A stretch of DNA of 64,000 bases from Psammoneis japonica (GCA_008632985.1 QPGO01000105.1:186001-250000); one strand, 5' to 3'; counted from the first letter of the stretch, positions 36,924-48,052 are shown. A program made the numbers and translations. The notes: generated by a model from the letters alone, not told the origin.

Positions 36924-39224
36924 TCACGACATAGACTTGTTGAGATAGCCATCGCGCAAAAGTCGACGCATTACCTTGTTGGACGCTGTACGCGGTAGCT
37001 TGTCGGTAATGACCACGTCACTAATCCCAAACAATGGATTCAGTTTGGTCTTGATGGAGAGTTGCATGGCCTTTTTTAAGGCATCCTTGTCCACGTCGTC
37101 ATTGCTTTCGTGGACGACGGCATAAATGACAAGCTTGCACGGTCCACCGCGGCTCACGGCAATGGCTGCCGTTTCCTGAACCACTTGTAGTAAATTGCAG
37201 ACGCGTTCAATTTCGACACTGCTTACTTTGATGCCACCGATATTCATGGTATCGTCGCAACGGCCGAGGGCCCTGTAATACGGAGAAGTAGAGAATTTGT
37301 CGCTTGAAACCATTTCAATTTCATCTCCATGTCGTCGTAGCACCTCGCCGTTGGGGCCCTTGCCCATGCCCTTGTAATAGGTATCATAGTGACTACGATT
37401 CAAGAGTTTAGTACTCAATCCAACCGACGGAGGCACGAGGCAAATCTCACCACTGACCGACAAGTTCGTTGTTATCTCGTTGTCGTCTACAAAGTCGCCG
37501 TCTGCATTACTTCTCAATACAAATTTGGATCCCAACACGGGCGAGGAGAACATGGATGGGACATTGGGCTGCACCATGGTGGACGATAAAAAGGAACCAC
37601 CAATTTCGGTTCCACCACAATACTCCATGACGGGCGCATAGCCCGGCACTCGAGACTGAAGCCAAAGGAAATTTTTGGCATCGCTCGCTTCACCCGTGGA
37701 TGAAAAGCGTGTAATGCAACTCCAATCACAACCGTCGGTAGCACCCTGTGCTTGCCACGCTTTGACGAGAGATGGAATGACGCCCAGCATGTTGACTTGG
37801 GATGCCTCGACAAACTCACAAAAGGGTGCCGTGCTGGTAACGCCGTTGAACAAGGCAATTGTGGCGCCATTGATGAGCTGGTAAATCAGCCAAGGGCCCT
37901 TGTATTGAATAGTATGAAAAGAACAACACCAAGAGGTGAGTAAGCGAACTGATTGGAAGAACCAAAACCGTGGCATACTCGCCAACCAAATAGAGATACA
38001 TTACCATCATCCATCCAATGTTACTCGGCCAACAAACAACCTCACCGGGGTGTACATCTTGATGATAATATCCATCCACGGCACACTTGATGGGTGTCGA
38101 ATGTGACCAAACAATGGCTTTGGTTCTCCCGTGGTACCACTCGAAAACAAAATGTTGCACGGCTCCATGCTATCCACCTTGATGGATGTAAATTCGTCAC
38201 TGCAATTTGCAATACAATCGGCAAAGGACATGTCTAGTCCGGGACGCAACGAAATGGACTCGTGCAAGTCTTTGCTTTGACGTGCCGCAAGACAAATGAC
38301 ATTCATGGACGACGACCACTGATCGTCGTCGCCACGGTCCGACTTGGTTTCCTTGTTTTCGTCATGCAAATCCTCCTCCTCCTCGTCGTCTTGCTGCATC
38401 AATATTTCATTGGCTTGTACGACACGGTCGTACAGTGGCAGAAATTTTGTGGTACCACGATAAATGACATCTTGTGTAAAGATGGCACGACACTTGGCGA
38501 GTCGACACCGTGTGGCAATTTCGCTTGCTGAAAAGGAATCGGCAATGGAAACCACGACACAACCCGCCTTTATGATTCCCAAGTAAATCGCCACCGCTTT
38601 GTACGTCATGGGCATGCAAATGCCAACCGCGTCACCATGCGTTAGTCCCAATTTAGTAATGGCATTTGCGACTTGATTGACGAGGGATTGCAATTGTCCC
38701 ATGGAAACTGTTTGTACGTTTCTTGGAGCGGATTCCGTGGCGTAGACAATTGCGGGTTGTTCGGAAGGATATTGGAGACAAGAATCCGATATATTGAAAC
38801 GTCCTTTTGGAAAGTAACTCATATCGGTAGCAATGTCTTCTCCCTCAAACGCAGTCAAGGGAGGCACGTCCCACTTGATGCCAATGGTTTGCATGGATTG
38901 CATCCAAAAGTCATTGCGCGACTCGACAGACCACTTGTAAAGCTCATGATAACTTGTAAAGCCATTCTTGATCATGGCTTGTTCAATGTTGGTAGTTTTC
39001 TTGTTGTTGTTGTTATTGTTTGGAATCCATGATGGAGCGATACTGTTGTTGTTGGAAGCATACACTTGTTGGTAGCACTGTTCATGAATTTCAATGGGAA
39101 TCGAGGGAGAAAGCAAGTCACGATGCAACACGGCCCACACCTCCATGGGAGTAGCAACGTCACTGCCACCGGCAAGCTCGCGTGCCTTGCGGACAAGGTC
39201 GTTGGCGCTCATGGTGGTTGCCAT
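36924..39224 (-). CDS. Acetyl/acyl-CoA synthetase (AMP-forming, plant AAE17/18-like); intron ~38004-37899; apparent 1-nt deletion near 38120
   Basis: ILFSSGTTGEPK, YCGGTEIGG, HGD, GRCDDTMNIGGIK, LPRTASNKVMRR. Confidence 0.9.
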
Positions 39225-40345
39225 GGTTGCTGTTTTTGTTCTGTTGTTGTAGTAGGAATATCCAATGCAACAGACAAGAACAACACAAGAAGGTTGCGTG
39301 GTCTCATTTTTTCTCACAAAAAATACGTGGCACTCAATTGGCTTTCTCGTTGAAATATTATTTAAATACTTGGATAAATATATTCACGTACAAATTCTAC
39401 ACGCGATCTTTGTATCATGTGACTTCTACTCGAGAGTGATACTACTGGATTTATGATTCTATTAGCCCATGTATGCAATTATTACTCACTTCTTGGAGGG
39501 AAAATCCACGCAATATACAAAAAATTCAGGTGCTGAAGAAGAGCATTGAAATTTCGAAAGCATAAACGCCTTTTCCTTCATCAGAATTTTGGCGACGAGC
39601 CAATGAGCAAACCAGCATCGACGCAAGTGACAATGACAACCACAGTATGAAACAACAATCATGACGACGACAACAAATACCACCAGTGACCTTCCGAAAC
39701 GGCAAAGAATACGAAGAAAAGAAGATCAGAGCACACTTTTCCTGTTTTGTTTGGCAGCCTTGGCCATGGTGTGCCACACGCATTGCATTCACAGGGCGGC
39801 TGTCAAGTTGTCGTCGCCGAGTAATGATTTGCATCTGAAATCCTTTCAAGCACCAAGAATACAAAACGAATCGACGAATCGAAAATTTACAATGGGACAA
39901 GTGCTGAAAGCTGCTGTTGCTGAAAAGAAAGAGAAAATGGCAAAAGAACAAACAGCACGGCAAAAACAGCAACAGCACACCGGTCAACCAACACCCGTAA
40001 ATGAGCTCATCACAATGTACCCAGACAAGAAAGAATTATTGGAGATTTTAAGAAACGCCGGAATCACAGAATTGGACGACGAGACGGCATTGAAACTTCC
40101 GACATGGTCCGACGTGACGGCACTCTATGGAACCAAACCCATCCTGTACGGATTGGATCAGTGCAAAGTATTCCGACAAAGAATCGACTTGTCCAAACGC
40201 CACTTGGGGATTGCCGGAACCTTCAATGCGGGTGCCAATCTCTTGTTTGAATTGCTCGAAGCCAATTGTCGTGGACCCCGGGGTCGCATGGCGGATCATC
40301 AAGTTCCGTGGGGTAAACACAATCCACCCCTCAATGAAACGATTC

Positions 40346-40636
40346 TGCCAAGTGGCGCCAAGTAATGGTATAAAGTGGCGTTGTAAAGTTGACTGTTGCT
40401 AATGTTGTGAGAAGAAATGAAAGAGATTCGGCTGCTCCGAAATCTCGTAGAATTAATGCTAAGAAACCGCGTAGAAATATAAAGAAACAATCTTTCGAGA
40501 GGCATCGAGATGTATCGAGAAAGGAGAAGAGGTTTCTAGAAAGTGTCATCGTTGACATCCTTTTGACACTTTTGACACCAGGTTGACACCCACGAATGAA
40601 TATACGAATGAATATAGATGACCGTGATATTCGGCA
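40346..40636 (-). repeat. 3' LTR
   Basis: 280/291 identical to 44331-44621 by manual alignment. Confidence 0.97.
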
Positions 40637-40657
40637 CTCGCTTCCCCAATTGAGACG

Positions 40658-43600
40658 TTAGAAGACAGGGTGAAGACGGCGGATATTGATACGTTCAGTG
40701 ACGTGAGGCGAGCGCTGGATGGTAACGGTTCCATTGGTATGGACACGTACGATACGGAAAGGACCATCTTTGGTGTTGAGTTTGCGTTGGATGTCTTTGG
40801 TCATAACGAAGACTTGATCGCCGATGTTGTAGTCGTAAGTAAGACGTTTTGCGTTTTCGCGGAGATTATTGCGTAGGACATCGCGCTTGCGACGGGTATT
40901 AATCATTTTCCAGTTCGCAAGATAAGTAGCAGAAATGACCATGTCTCGACCGAAGACAATTTGTCCGGGAGACGACATAAGGGCAGTATGGTAGGTACTG
41001 CGCAAGGCCCATGCAACGGATTGCAAAATTCCATGAATTGTGTCTTCATCATGATCGCGAGAAGGGAGATCCATCGCACGGAGAGAATCGGCTATCACTT
41101 GATGAATACGTTCAACGAACGCGTTGGCTTGAGGATTCTTGATTGTTGTAGGTTTCGGTTTAACACCATAACTGTAGAGGAGATCTGTAAACTCGGAAGT
41201 GAATTCGGAACCGTTGTCATAAATGACAATTTCTGGTCGCGGATAGCGACAAAACCACTCGCGATCGACGATAAGTGAAATGTCTTCGGACGTTTTGAAC
41301 TTATAGTTCGCGAGTTCGACCCAACGGGTTGCGACATCAATAATTGAAACGGCTCTGATTTTGCGATCGACACCATTTTTGTCGGTATACGTCCAGGGAC
41401 CGAAAAGATCGACTTGAGTTGCCTGCCAAGGTTTATAAGTAGTATCTGGAAGAGGTAATTCACCATAGTTTGCCGTAGTGCGCTTGGATTTGGAACACGT
41501 GCGGCACTTACGGACAAAAGTACGGACTTTCATCTGCATGTCGCGAATGTAAAAATGTGAAGCCAAAGTTTGGCAGGTGCGATTAGCACCAGGATGGCAG
41601 AGAGTTTCATGGTGCCACCGTAGAACTGCAGGAAAAAGCGTTGGAGGGAGGACAATCTTGTTCTTGTAAAGGATGATCTGTTTTCCGTTGAATGGTTCGG
41701 CTGAGTGGGATTCGGACTTGTCGAGTCGTTGCTGAAGAGCAGAATCTTTTTTCTGATGGTCGGCGATAATGTCGAAAGTAACGGGGAATATTGAAGGATC
41801 GATTTCCAACGAAGTCATTTCCTCGCAATCGCTTTGATCGACTTGGACAATGGGACAGCGACTCAAAAAATCAGCCACGACATTCTTGTGGCCTGGTGGG
41901 TGCTCGAAAGAGCAATCGCATTCCTCGAGAAGCAAACGCCAGCGTTTGACGCGTTCTGACTTGAATTTGTCAAATGTGAGATTTTTGTGATCGGCAAACA
42001 GGTAGCATCGATGACCAAAAAGGATGCTTTTGAAATTTTCGGTCGTTTCCACGAGCGACAGTGGCTCTTTTTCCATTGTCGTGTAGTTTCGTTGCGCTTG
42101 AGATAATTTTCGGCTGTAGAATGCAATTGGCCATTCGTCATCGTCAAAATCTTGAGTAATTGCTGCACCAAGTTGACAATCACTCGCATCCGGATAGATG
42201 TTGAAAGGTTGAGAGAAGTCGGGGAATCGGAGGAGGATTTCGCGCGCCGTGATTTTTTTCATCGGATGCCGTTCGAGACACTCGTTGAGTTTCCGTAAAT
42301 CGGATGAGAAACGGATGCCACCGCTTTTCTTCGATCGGAAAAGACAGGGTGCGCCCCAAGGAGAGTGAAGTTTGCGCGCAACAACATCGATTTTTTCCAA
42401 TTCATCCACTTCTTTGCGAGCCATGGGATGTGACGCTTGCGGAACAGTGTGAGCTTTCGCACAGTGTGGACGCGATCCTGGTTTCAGGGTCAAATGGACG
42501 GGTTTACCGGGTGCAGCTCCAAGTGTACCATCGAATAATTGCGGGTATCGTCCGAAGAGTTCGATGAGTTGGTGCTGTTGATCGTTGTCAAGGTGTTTGC
42601 AGCGTAGAACCATGTCGCGACAATTGTGCTTGTCGTACGCATTGCTCGTCATACCTCGAACCTGACGGTTGACGGCATTCTGGAAGAACTTGGGTAATTC
42701 AGCATCGCCGGGATGAATTGCATTAACTTCGACTTGGTCGAAAGAGCCCTTGGATCGCATGGATAGGGTAACATCGCCCCACGTGATTGTTTGATGTCGA
42801 AAATCAAAAACGAGTCCCATTTCTGTGGCGGTTTTTCTTCCGATGATAATGTCGTGTTTTCCTACGGCTTTGTCTTCCACACAAGCATCGACGGAAACCT
42901 TCTTGGACGATGCGAAGTCTGGGAACTTCAATGTCAGCGTCGCAATCTCGTGTAGATTAACGGCACTGTAACGGCCTTTAACGGGAACGTTACATTTACG
43001 GATTTTGTGAGGAATCCCGCGAAGGGCTGAGCGCTTCACAAAATTGCGATTTGCGCCGGTATCGAGCAGAGCAACACGGAACTTGTGCATTCCAGAATGA
43101 GTGTCAATCATCTGGACACGCGCTTCCGTGGTAAGATTGTCTTCTACTTCGGATTCGATGGAATCGTCTAGAAGAGACGTGACGTCTTCAAAAATGTCGT
43201 TGACATCGTCTGACGCGACGCTGTCGACATCGTTAGAAGCGGAGCGACTGGCTTTGGAGTCCACATTATTGTTTTCGACGTTCCGTGTGCGGCTCCGTGT
43301 AGGATAGCGGTGTGTCGGCTCGTTTCGAGAGTTATTTTGTTGATTCGGCGCATTCCGATTTGCGCGGTTCCGCTCATAATTTTCACGTTCACGACGGATG
43401 ATGTTGCACTCTTGACCGTTCGGATGTACAACGCCATGGATTGGACATGTTTGTTCACGATTGTTTTGATTCCTGTTCCTGGCATCGCGATTTTGGTCGT
43501 TATTCTGGCCGTGACGCGTGTGTCGACCGTTGTTGCGTTGATTCCTATTGTCATTGCGTCTGTTGTTGTCGGTAGACCCTTTGTCACCACGTCGTTCCAT

Positions 43601-44257
43601 ACGTCGGAGAGTCTCGTAGTGTTGAGCTTGGTCGTTCAAGTTTAAGTTGCGAAGACGGGCTTTAGTCTGAGTTTCGGCCCATGATCTTGGTCCACATTTT
43701 CGAAGGATTACGGATAATTCCGCTTCCGTGAATGACGGAACTCTTTCGGCGTCATCTTCGGTTGGCGTAGGCATGATATTAATCAACTTATTAAAGCGAC
43801 GGATGTCATTAACAAATGACTTGACAGTTTGGTTCCTGGGTTTCTTAAGGCTTTGAAGCCATTCCTTAGTATCAAGGGCAATTTCTCTATCCATGTATTG
43901 GAGTAGAAATTCTTCACGACAAGTATCGAATGTAACTTGGTCGCGGTTTTCGTAATCGTCTACGACGATTTCCCAGTCGTCTTTTGGTGTTCCGGTCATA
44001 AGTCTGGTCACGAGCCGGAAACGTGGCTGTCCTTCAGCCGTACCGAGATCGTTGATAAGTTCATCGAAGTTTGACCAGAAGGTAAGAACATCTTCCGGTT
44101 CAGTTGAAGCTAACTTACGTACCTCGATCGTAGTTTTAAGCCCATCTGGATCGTCAGGATCAATGGGGCTTTCAAAAGACACGAATTGGTCTTTGCGCCG
44201 CTCTTCCTCAGAGCGGTCAGGACGCTTAAGTTCGAATGGGCAGTTTTCTGCTGACAT
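40658..44257 (-). CDS. Gag-Pol polyprotein (protease, truncated RT, RNase H, integrase)
   Basis: LLDTGA; SPWGAP..DLRKLN; DAS..LGA, DHKNL, NVVADFLSR; zinc-finger HHCC, VDLFGP, YDNGSEF, NPQANAFVER; GPF. Confidence 0.93.
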   Translation of the reverse strand: MSAENCPFELKRPDRSEEERRKDQFVSFESPIDPDDPDGLKTTIEVRKLASTEPEDVLTFWSNFDELINDLGTAEGQPRFRLVTRLMTGTPKDDWEIVVDDYENRDQVTFDTCREEFLLQYMDREIALDTKEWLQSLKKPRNQTVKSFVNDIRRFNKLINIMPTPTEDDAERVPSFTEAELSVILRKCGPRSWAETQTKARLRNLNLNDQAQHYETLRRMERRGDKGSTDNNRRNDNRNQRNNGRHTRHGQNNDQNRDARNRNQNNREQTCPIHGVVHPNGQECNIIRRERENYERNRANRNAPNQQNNSRNEPTHRYPTRSRTRNVENNNVDSKASRSASNDVDSVASDDVNDIFEDVTSLLDDSIESEVEDNLTTEARVQMIDTHSGMHKFRVALLDTGANRNFVKRSALRGIPHKIRKCNVPVKGRYSAVNLHEIATLTLKFPDFASSKKVSVDACVEDKAVGKHDIIIGRKTATEMGLVFDFRHQTITWGDVTLSMRSKGSFDQVEVNAIHPGDAELPKFFQNAVNRQVRGMTSNAYDKHNCRDMVLRCKHLDNDQQHQLIELFGRYPQLFDGTLGAAPGKPVHLTLKPGSRPHCAKAHTVPQASHPMARKEVDELEKIDVVARKLHSPWGAPCLFRSKKSGGIRFSSDLRKLNECLERHPMKKITAREILLRFPDFSQPFNIYPDASDCQLGAAITQDFDDDEWPIAFYSRKLSQAQRNYTTMEKEPLSLVETTENFKSILFGHRCYLFADHKNLTFDKFKSERVKRWRLLLEECDCSFEHPPGHKNVVADFLSRCPIVQVDQSDCEEMTSLEIDPSIFPVTFDIIADHQKKDSALQQRLDKSESHSAEPFNGKQIILYKNKIVLPPTLFPAVLRWHHETLCHPGANRTCQTLASHFYIRDMQMKVRTFVRKCRTCSKSKRTTANYGELPLPDTTYKPWQATQVDLFGPWTYTDKNGVDRKIRAVSIIDVATRWVELANYKFKTSEDISLIVDREWFCRYPRPEIVIYDNGSEFTSEFTDLLYSYGVKPKPTTIKNPQANAFVERIHQVIADSLRAMDLPSRDHDEDTIHGILQSVAWALRSTYHTALMSSPGQIVFGRDMVISATYLANWKMINTRRKRDVLRNNLRENAKRLTYDYNIGDQVFVMTKDIQRKLNTKDGPFRIVRVHTNGTVTIQRSPHVTERINIRRLHPVF

Positions 44258-44330
44258 GTCTGGTCAGGACAATATGATCGGTAGACATATCTCAAGAGAG
44301 ATGAATAAGTGTTTGGGAGTAAATTTACTA

Positions 44331-44621
44331 TGCCAAGTGGCGCCAAGTAATAGCATAAAGTAGCGTTGTAAAGTTGACTGTTGCCAATGTTGTGAGAAGA
44401 AATGAAAGAGATTCGGCTGCTCCGAAATCTCGTAGAATTAACACTGAGAAACCGCGTAGAAATATAAAGAAACAATCTTTCGAGAGGCATCGAGATGTAT
44501 CGAGAAAGGAGAAGAGGTTTCTAGAAAGTGTCATCGTTGACATCCTTTTGACACTTTTGACACCAGGTTGACACCCACGAATGAACACACGAATGAATGT
44601 AGATGACCGTGATGTTCGGCA
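44331..44621 (-). repeat. 5' LTR
   Basis: Matches 40346-40636; followed on the + strand by TSD GATTC. Confidence 0.97.
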
Positions 44622-45871
44622 GATTCGTCTCCAACGAAAACCAAAGGGATACGAAGCATTTGACGATGTCAATGAAATCTTTCCAATCGTCACAATTCGT
44701 AATCCCTACTTTTGGATGAAGGCCATTTGTAAAAAGCCCTGTGCCGTACGATGGCTTCACGACAACAAGCTGCATTGTCCCAATCTCATTCCGACAAAAC
44801 AAGAATTGCAAAACAATCGTCGCTTTCAACCCAACCATCCTGTACGTGTCGGTGTTTGGTGTCAAAAGACATGGGTCATTCATCACGATTCCCTAGCACA
44901 CATGTGGAATGACATTCACGAATTCTACAAGAATCAAGTGTCCTTTCCCCGCGTCATGGTTCGAATGGAAGATTTGATCTTCTTTGCACCCCAAATCATT
45001 TCCGAGTTGTGCACGACCTGTGTCGGTGGGACGTTGTTGGATCCACAAAAATTTCAATACGCGACAACCAGTGCCAAACCCAAGCATTTCAAAAACGGTG
45101 CAACCGGTACCGGTTTGGTGGATGCCATGATCATGTACGGGAACGCATCACTTCAATGCGAGGGGCGTGCACGGGATGATTTGATGTTTGCAAACAAGAC
45201 GCTATCGAAAGAACTGATGGAGACATTTGGGTATCAGTACGTGCAAATATAGTAGAATTGGAATGAGTGTAAAGTATGAGAGAGCTGCTCCACAAGTCTA
45301 AATCATGGATACACCGTGTTTGTGTGTTTTTTTGGCTTGGCGCTTTGGAGTTGTGCCGCACCTCAAGTCGTTCTGTAGGGCCTAAGATGTGCATGCTTAA
45401 GAAGTATTTCCCCTATACTCTCTCTATGGAGCTAAAGTGGCTCTACTAGAATACTTCTGCTCTCTAGAGAGAATATAACAAAGCTATGGTCGTTTTCATT
45501 CGCGGGAACCGATCCAGATTGGAGATAACGGTAGAAGGCAGGACCGTCACACGACATGACGTCATAAACTACCGTTGATCCAAGACCAAACTTATAGTAA
45601 GTACGATTGAAAACGCGATCCAATTAGAGCATGGCGCTCACAATTTTTACTCAACGCATCGCAACGAATTTTTGGGAACCAACACCAAATCGAACAGCAC
45701 CGTACTGTAGGAAGAATTACGACACAAAGGAGCGAAGAAAAAGAAATTTCGAGATAGATACGCACTGTTCAGACACCAAGGGTTTCGGCATTTGTCCACT
45801 TCATTCATGCCAGTGTGTCTCCCGCAAAAGAAAAAGTGCGGCTGCCAAAACGTTCATTGTGACAAATCAAG

Positions 45872-46924
45872 ATGAAGAGAGGGCCTTTGCGCTCAATCCT
45901 TCATAGATTACCCTTCTGGTTGCTGGGAATAGAAGGCGTGTACCTTTTCTTTTTTAGTGCCCAATACAACGGTCTCTCTGTTTACTTCAATCAACAAGCG
46001 ACCGAGGCCAAGACGACAAGACGGGCACATCACATTCTAGACTGCGACGGTGAAGGTTCGGCATGCGCATATTTTTATCCAACTGAATTCTTTGAAAGTC
46101 CAAGTGGCTTGGGTTACAAACATCGAGCGGCCGCCCAACAACAGCTCTACGGTCATGCTACTCGGACCTTTGATGCTAATTGGATTCGGGCTCGAAACCG
46201 CTACAAACAACGCAACGAAACAGCATACCCGCCAAACGACTTTACATATATACACGTTAGGAAGGCCGGTGGAATGACCATGAAACAAACCTTTTGGAAG
46301 TTTCCGTATCGAGAGGTTGGAACAAATTACACGTCGGATCCAATTTACACCGCAAAGAGCCGATACCGCTTGGAACAAGTCGGAGAAGAAGCCTTCGTGT
46401 CGGAAATGAAAGAGCTTGCCGAATCAACCCTGTTCTTTACCTTTGTTCGAGATCCCTTTTCCCGCTTTCTTTCTGCCATGGGACAATTTGCATCTCGAAT
46501 CTTGTCATATGCAGAGCTGGACTGTCCTGAATTGAAGCATTTGAATACAAGTGACGTCAGGACGTATGCTCAACAGGAGATTCGGTGTGTACTGCGTAGC
46601 AAAAAGAAGGGAATAGAAGTCGATGAACATTTTGTGCTTGCAACACACGAAATGTATCAAATGATGTTTGGGACAAACGCAAAAGTGGCTGTTTTGCCCT
46701 TGGCAAACATTACCGACTTTATGGCTACGTTGCAGGTGTACAACTTACAAGTCAATGTTGCCAGGGGAGTAAAACTGAAGTACAAGAATGTTGACATATT
46801 GGAAGGCGACATGATTCGCGACATTTGTGAGATTTATGAACCGGACGTTCAAATGTTGCGAACGGTTGGTATCCCGGTTCCGCAGTGTGATGAGCATGTG
46901 CCAATTGTTCCTGCCAAGCAATAA
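45872..46924 (+). CDS. Sulfotransferase family protein (type II membrane)
   Basis: Signal anchor; YIHVRKAGGMT, FTFVRDPFSRFLSA, DEHF. Confidence 0.8.
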   Translation: MKRGPLRSILHRLPFWLLGIEGVYLFFFSAQYNGLSVYFNQQATEAKTTRRAHHILDCDGEGSACAYFYPTEFFESPSGLGYKHRAAAQQQLYGHATRTFDANWIRARNRYKQRNETAYPPNDFTYIHVRKAGGMTMKQTFWKFPYREVGTNYTSDPIYTAKSRYRLEQVGEEAFVSEMKELAESTLFFTFVRDPFSRFLSAMGQFASRILSYAELDCPELKHLNTSDVRTYAQQEIRCVLRSKKKGIEVDEHFVLATHEMYQMMFGTNAKVAVLPLANITDFMATLQVYNLQVNVARGVKLKYKNVDILEGDMIRDICEIYEPDVQMLRTVGIPVPQCDEHVPIVPAKQ

Positions 46925-47320
46925 TAGCCCTCTCTCTAGTACAAGAGTCCAGTGCACCTTGGTCAAGCCGGATGGATTCTGCGGACCATGCAGAGTTAAC
47001 CTGCGCATACAATACAACGCTACATATGAAGCAAGACTGGTGGTAGCTTCCAAAGTTTTAACTCAGCATCCTACTGTAACTGGAATACAACTCCACTTTC
47101 ACCGATCGTCTGAAAGCAGTCTCGAGTCTCTTTCAACATGGCATGTGCTCGAAAACCACACACGAGGGAGTGGTGTCCCCATGAGCTTTTCATTATGCAT
47201 TGCTGTGCTATTCTTGTTTTGGACTAGTATCTCACACCACTCGTGTCCTATAGAAGTGTTGCAGTGAGTATGACTTCTTTGAAATATCTGGACTAGCTTA
47301 TCAACTCCATCCCGCAAAAG

Positions 47321-48052
47321 CTAATTCTTAGTCAAACGTCCCCAAAGAAGCAACGACATCAATGTTACAAATTGAAACGTGTCAAATCCATCAGTTTGAT
47401 ATTCAACGTGGCTCATTTTTCTCGCCTTGCAGCCACGCATATAAATGATAAACGTTGATGTCAATGCAACGATTGTGCGACGACCTGACGGCCAAAAGGC
47501 GTGGCGGCGAGAAGTCACAAGAAACAATTTGAAGCCCAATACAACAATACCCCAATCTCTCAAAAAGCCAAAGAGAGGTAACAAGGGATATTCCTCTGAC
47601 TTGACACGAATTTCGTTTTGTTTTTCCAACGTGTATCCGCGTGCAAAGATGACCCAGTGTTTAAAAATGCATCCAGCAACTCTACCAAGCAGAAATGACA
47701 AGCCTCGGGGATGCCTCTCAGCATGAGCAATCGCCAAACCAGCATTAAAACCAAAATAACAAAGCGCGACCGGATCGTTCCAGAAAGCAGCCCAGATGCT
47801 GTCGGGATGTTCCCCACCTCCACGGACAGCCAGAGCTTTGTTCTTGATTAATGTGAATGAGTCCTCGTGTTGTTTCTGTTTGGTGTTTTCCAAGAACGAG
47901 GTCTTGAAAGACACACGTTGAGTTTTGGACGTTTCAACGACAAGCGGTTTCATGAAGGGGACACCATGATTTCGAGCAGGAAGCGGTGAGGCCGACAGAG
48001 AGCGGTCGGAAGTAGGAGAAGCAATAACTGAAACCTGAAACACGTTGTTCAT
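47321..48052 (-). CDS. Hypothetical membrane protein
   Basis: 243-aa ORF with several hydrophobic segments after an RGG motif; normal composition. Confidence 0.55.
   Translation of the reverse strand: MNNVFQVSVIASPTSDRSLSASPLPARNHGVPFMKPLVVETSKTQRVSFKTSFLENTKQKQHEDSFTLIKNKALAVRGGGEHPDSIWAAFWNDPVALCYFGFNAGLAIAHAERHPRGLSFLLGRVAGCIFKHWVIFARGYTLEKQNEIRVKSEEYPLLPLFGFLRDWGIVVLGFKLFLVTSRRHAFWPSGRRTIVALTSTFIIYMRGCKARKMSHVEYQTDGFDTFQFVTLMSLLLWGRLTKN

Larger units (their letters stand above)
40346..44621 (-). mobile_element. Ty3/gypsy LTR retrotransposon, RT core deleted
   Basis: 291-bp LTRs (TG...CA); TSD GATTC at 40341-40345 and 44622-44626; polypurine tract GGGGAAGCGAG next to the 3' LTR; gag-PR-RT-RH-IN order. 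Confidence 0.97.
39661..45252 (+). pseudogene. Sulfotransferase-like gene (GTFN-GTN / WQVPWGKH family) split by the LTR element (39661-40345 plus 44627-45252)
   Basis: Removing the element and one TSD restores ...PLNETI-RLQRK... in frame; homologous to the repeat unit at 58050-59010. Confidence 0.88.

Noticed and set aside
44336..44346. TGGCGCC as a tRNA primer binding site
   Set aside because: It lies inside both LTR copies rather than just internal to the 5' LTR.
40346..44621. ADAR-like RNA editing or reverse-transcriptase error as the source of the A->G changes
   Set aside because: Both TG and CA outcomes occur within one LTR, the two LTRs differ from each other, and non-retro duplicates show the same pattern, which points to double-stranded genomic DNA after insertion.
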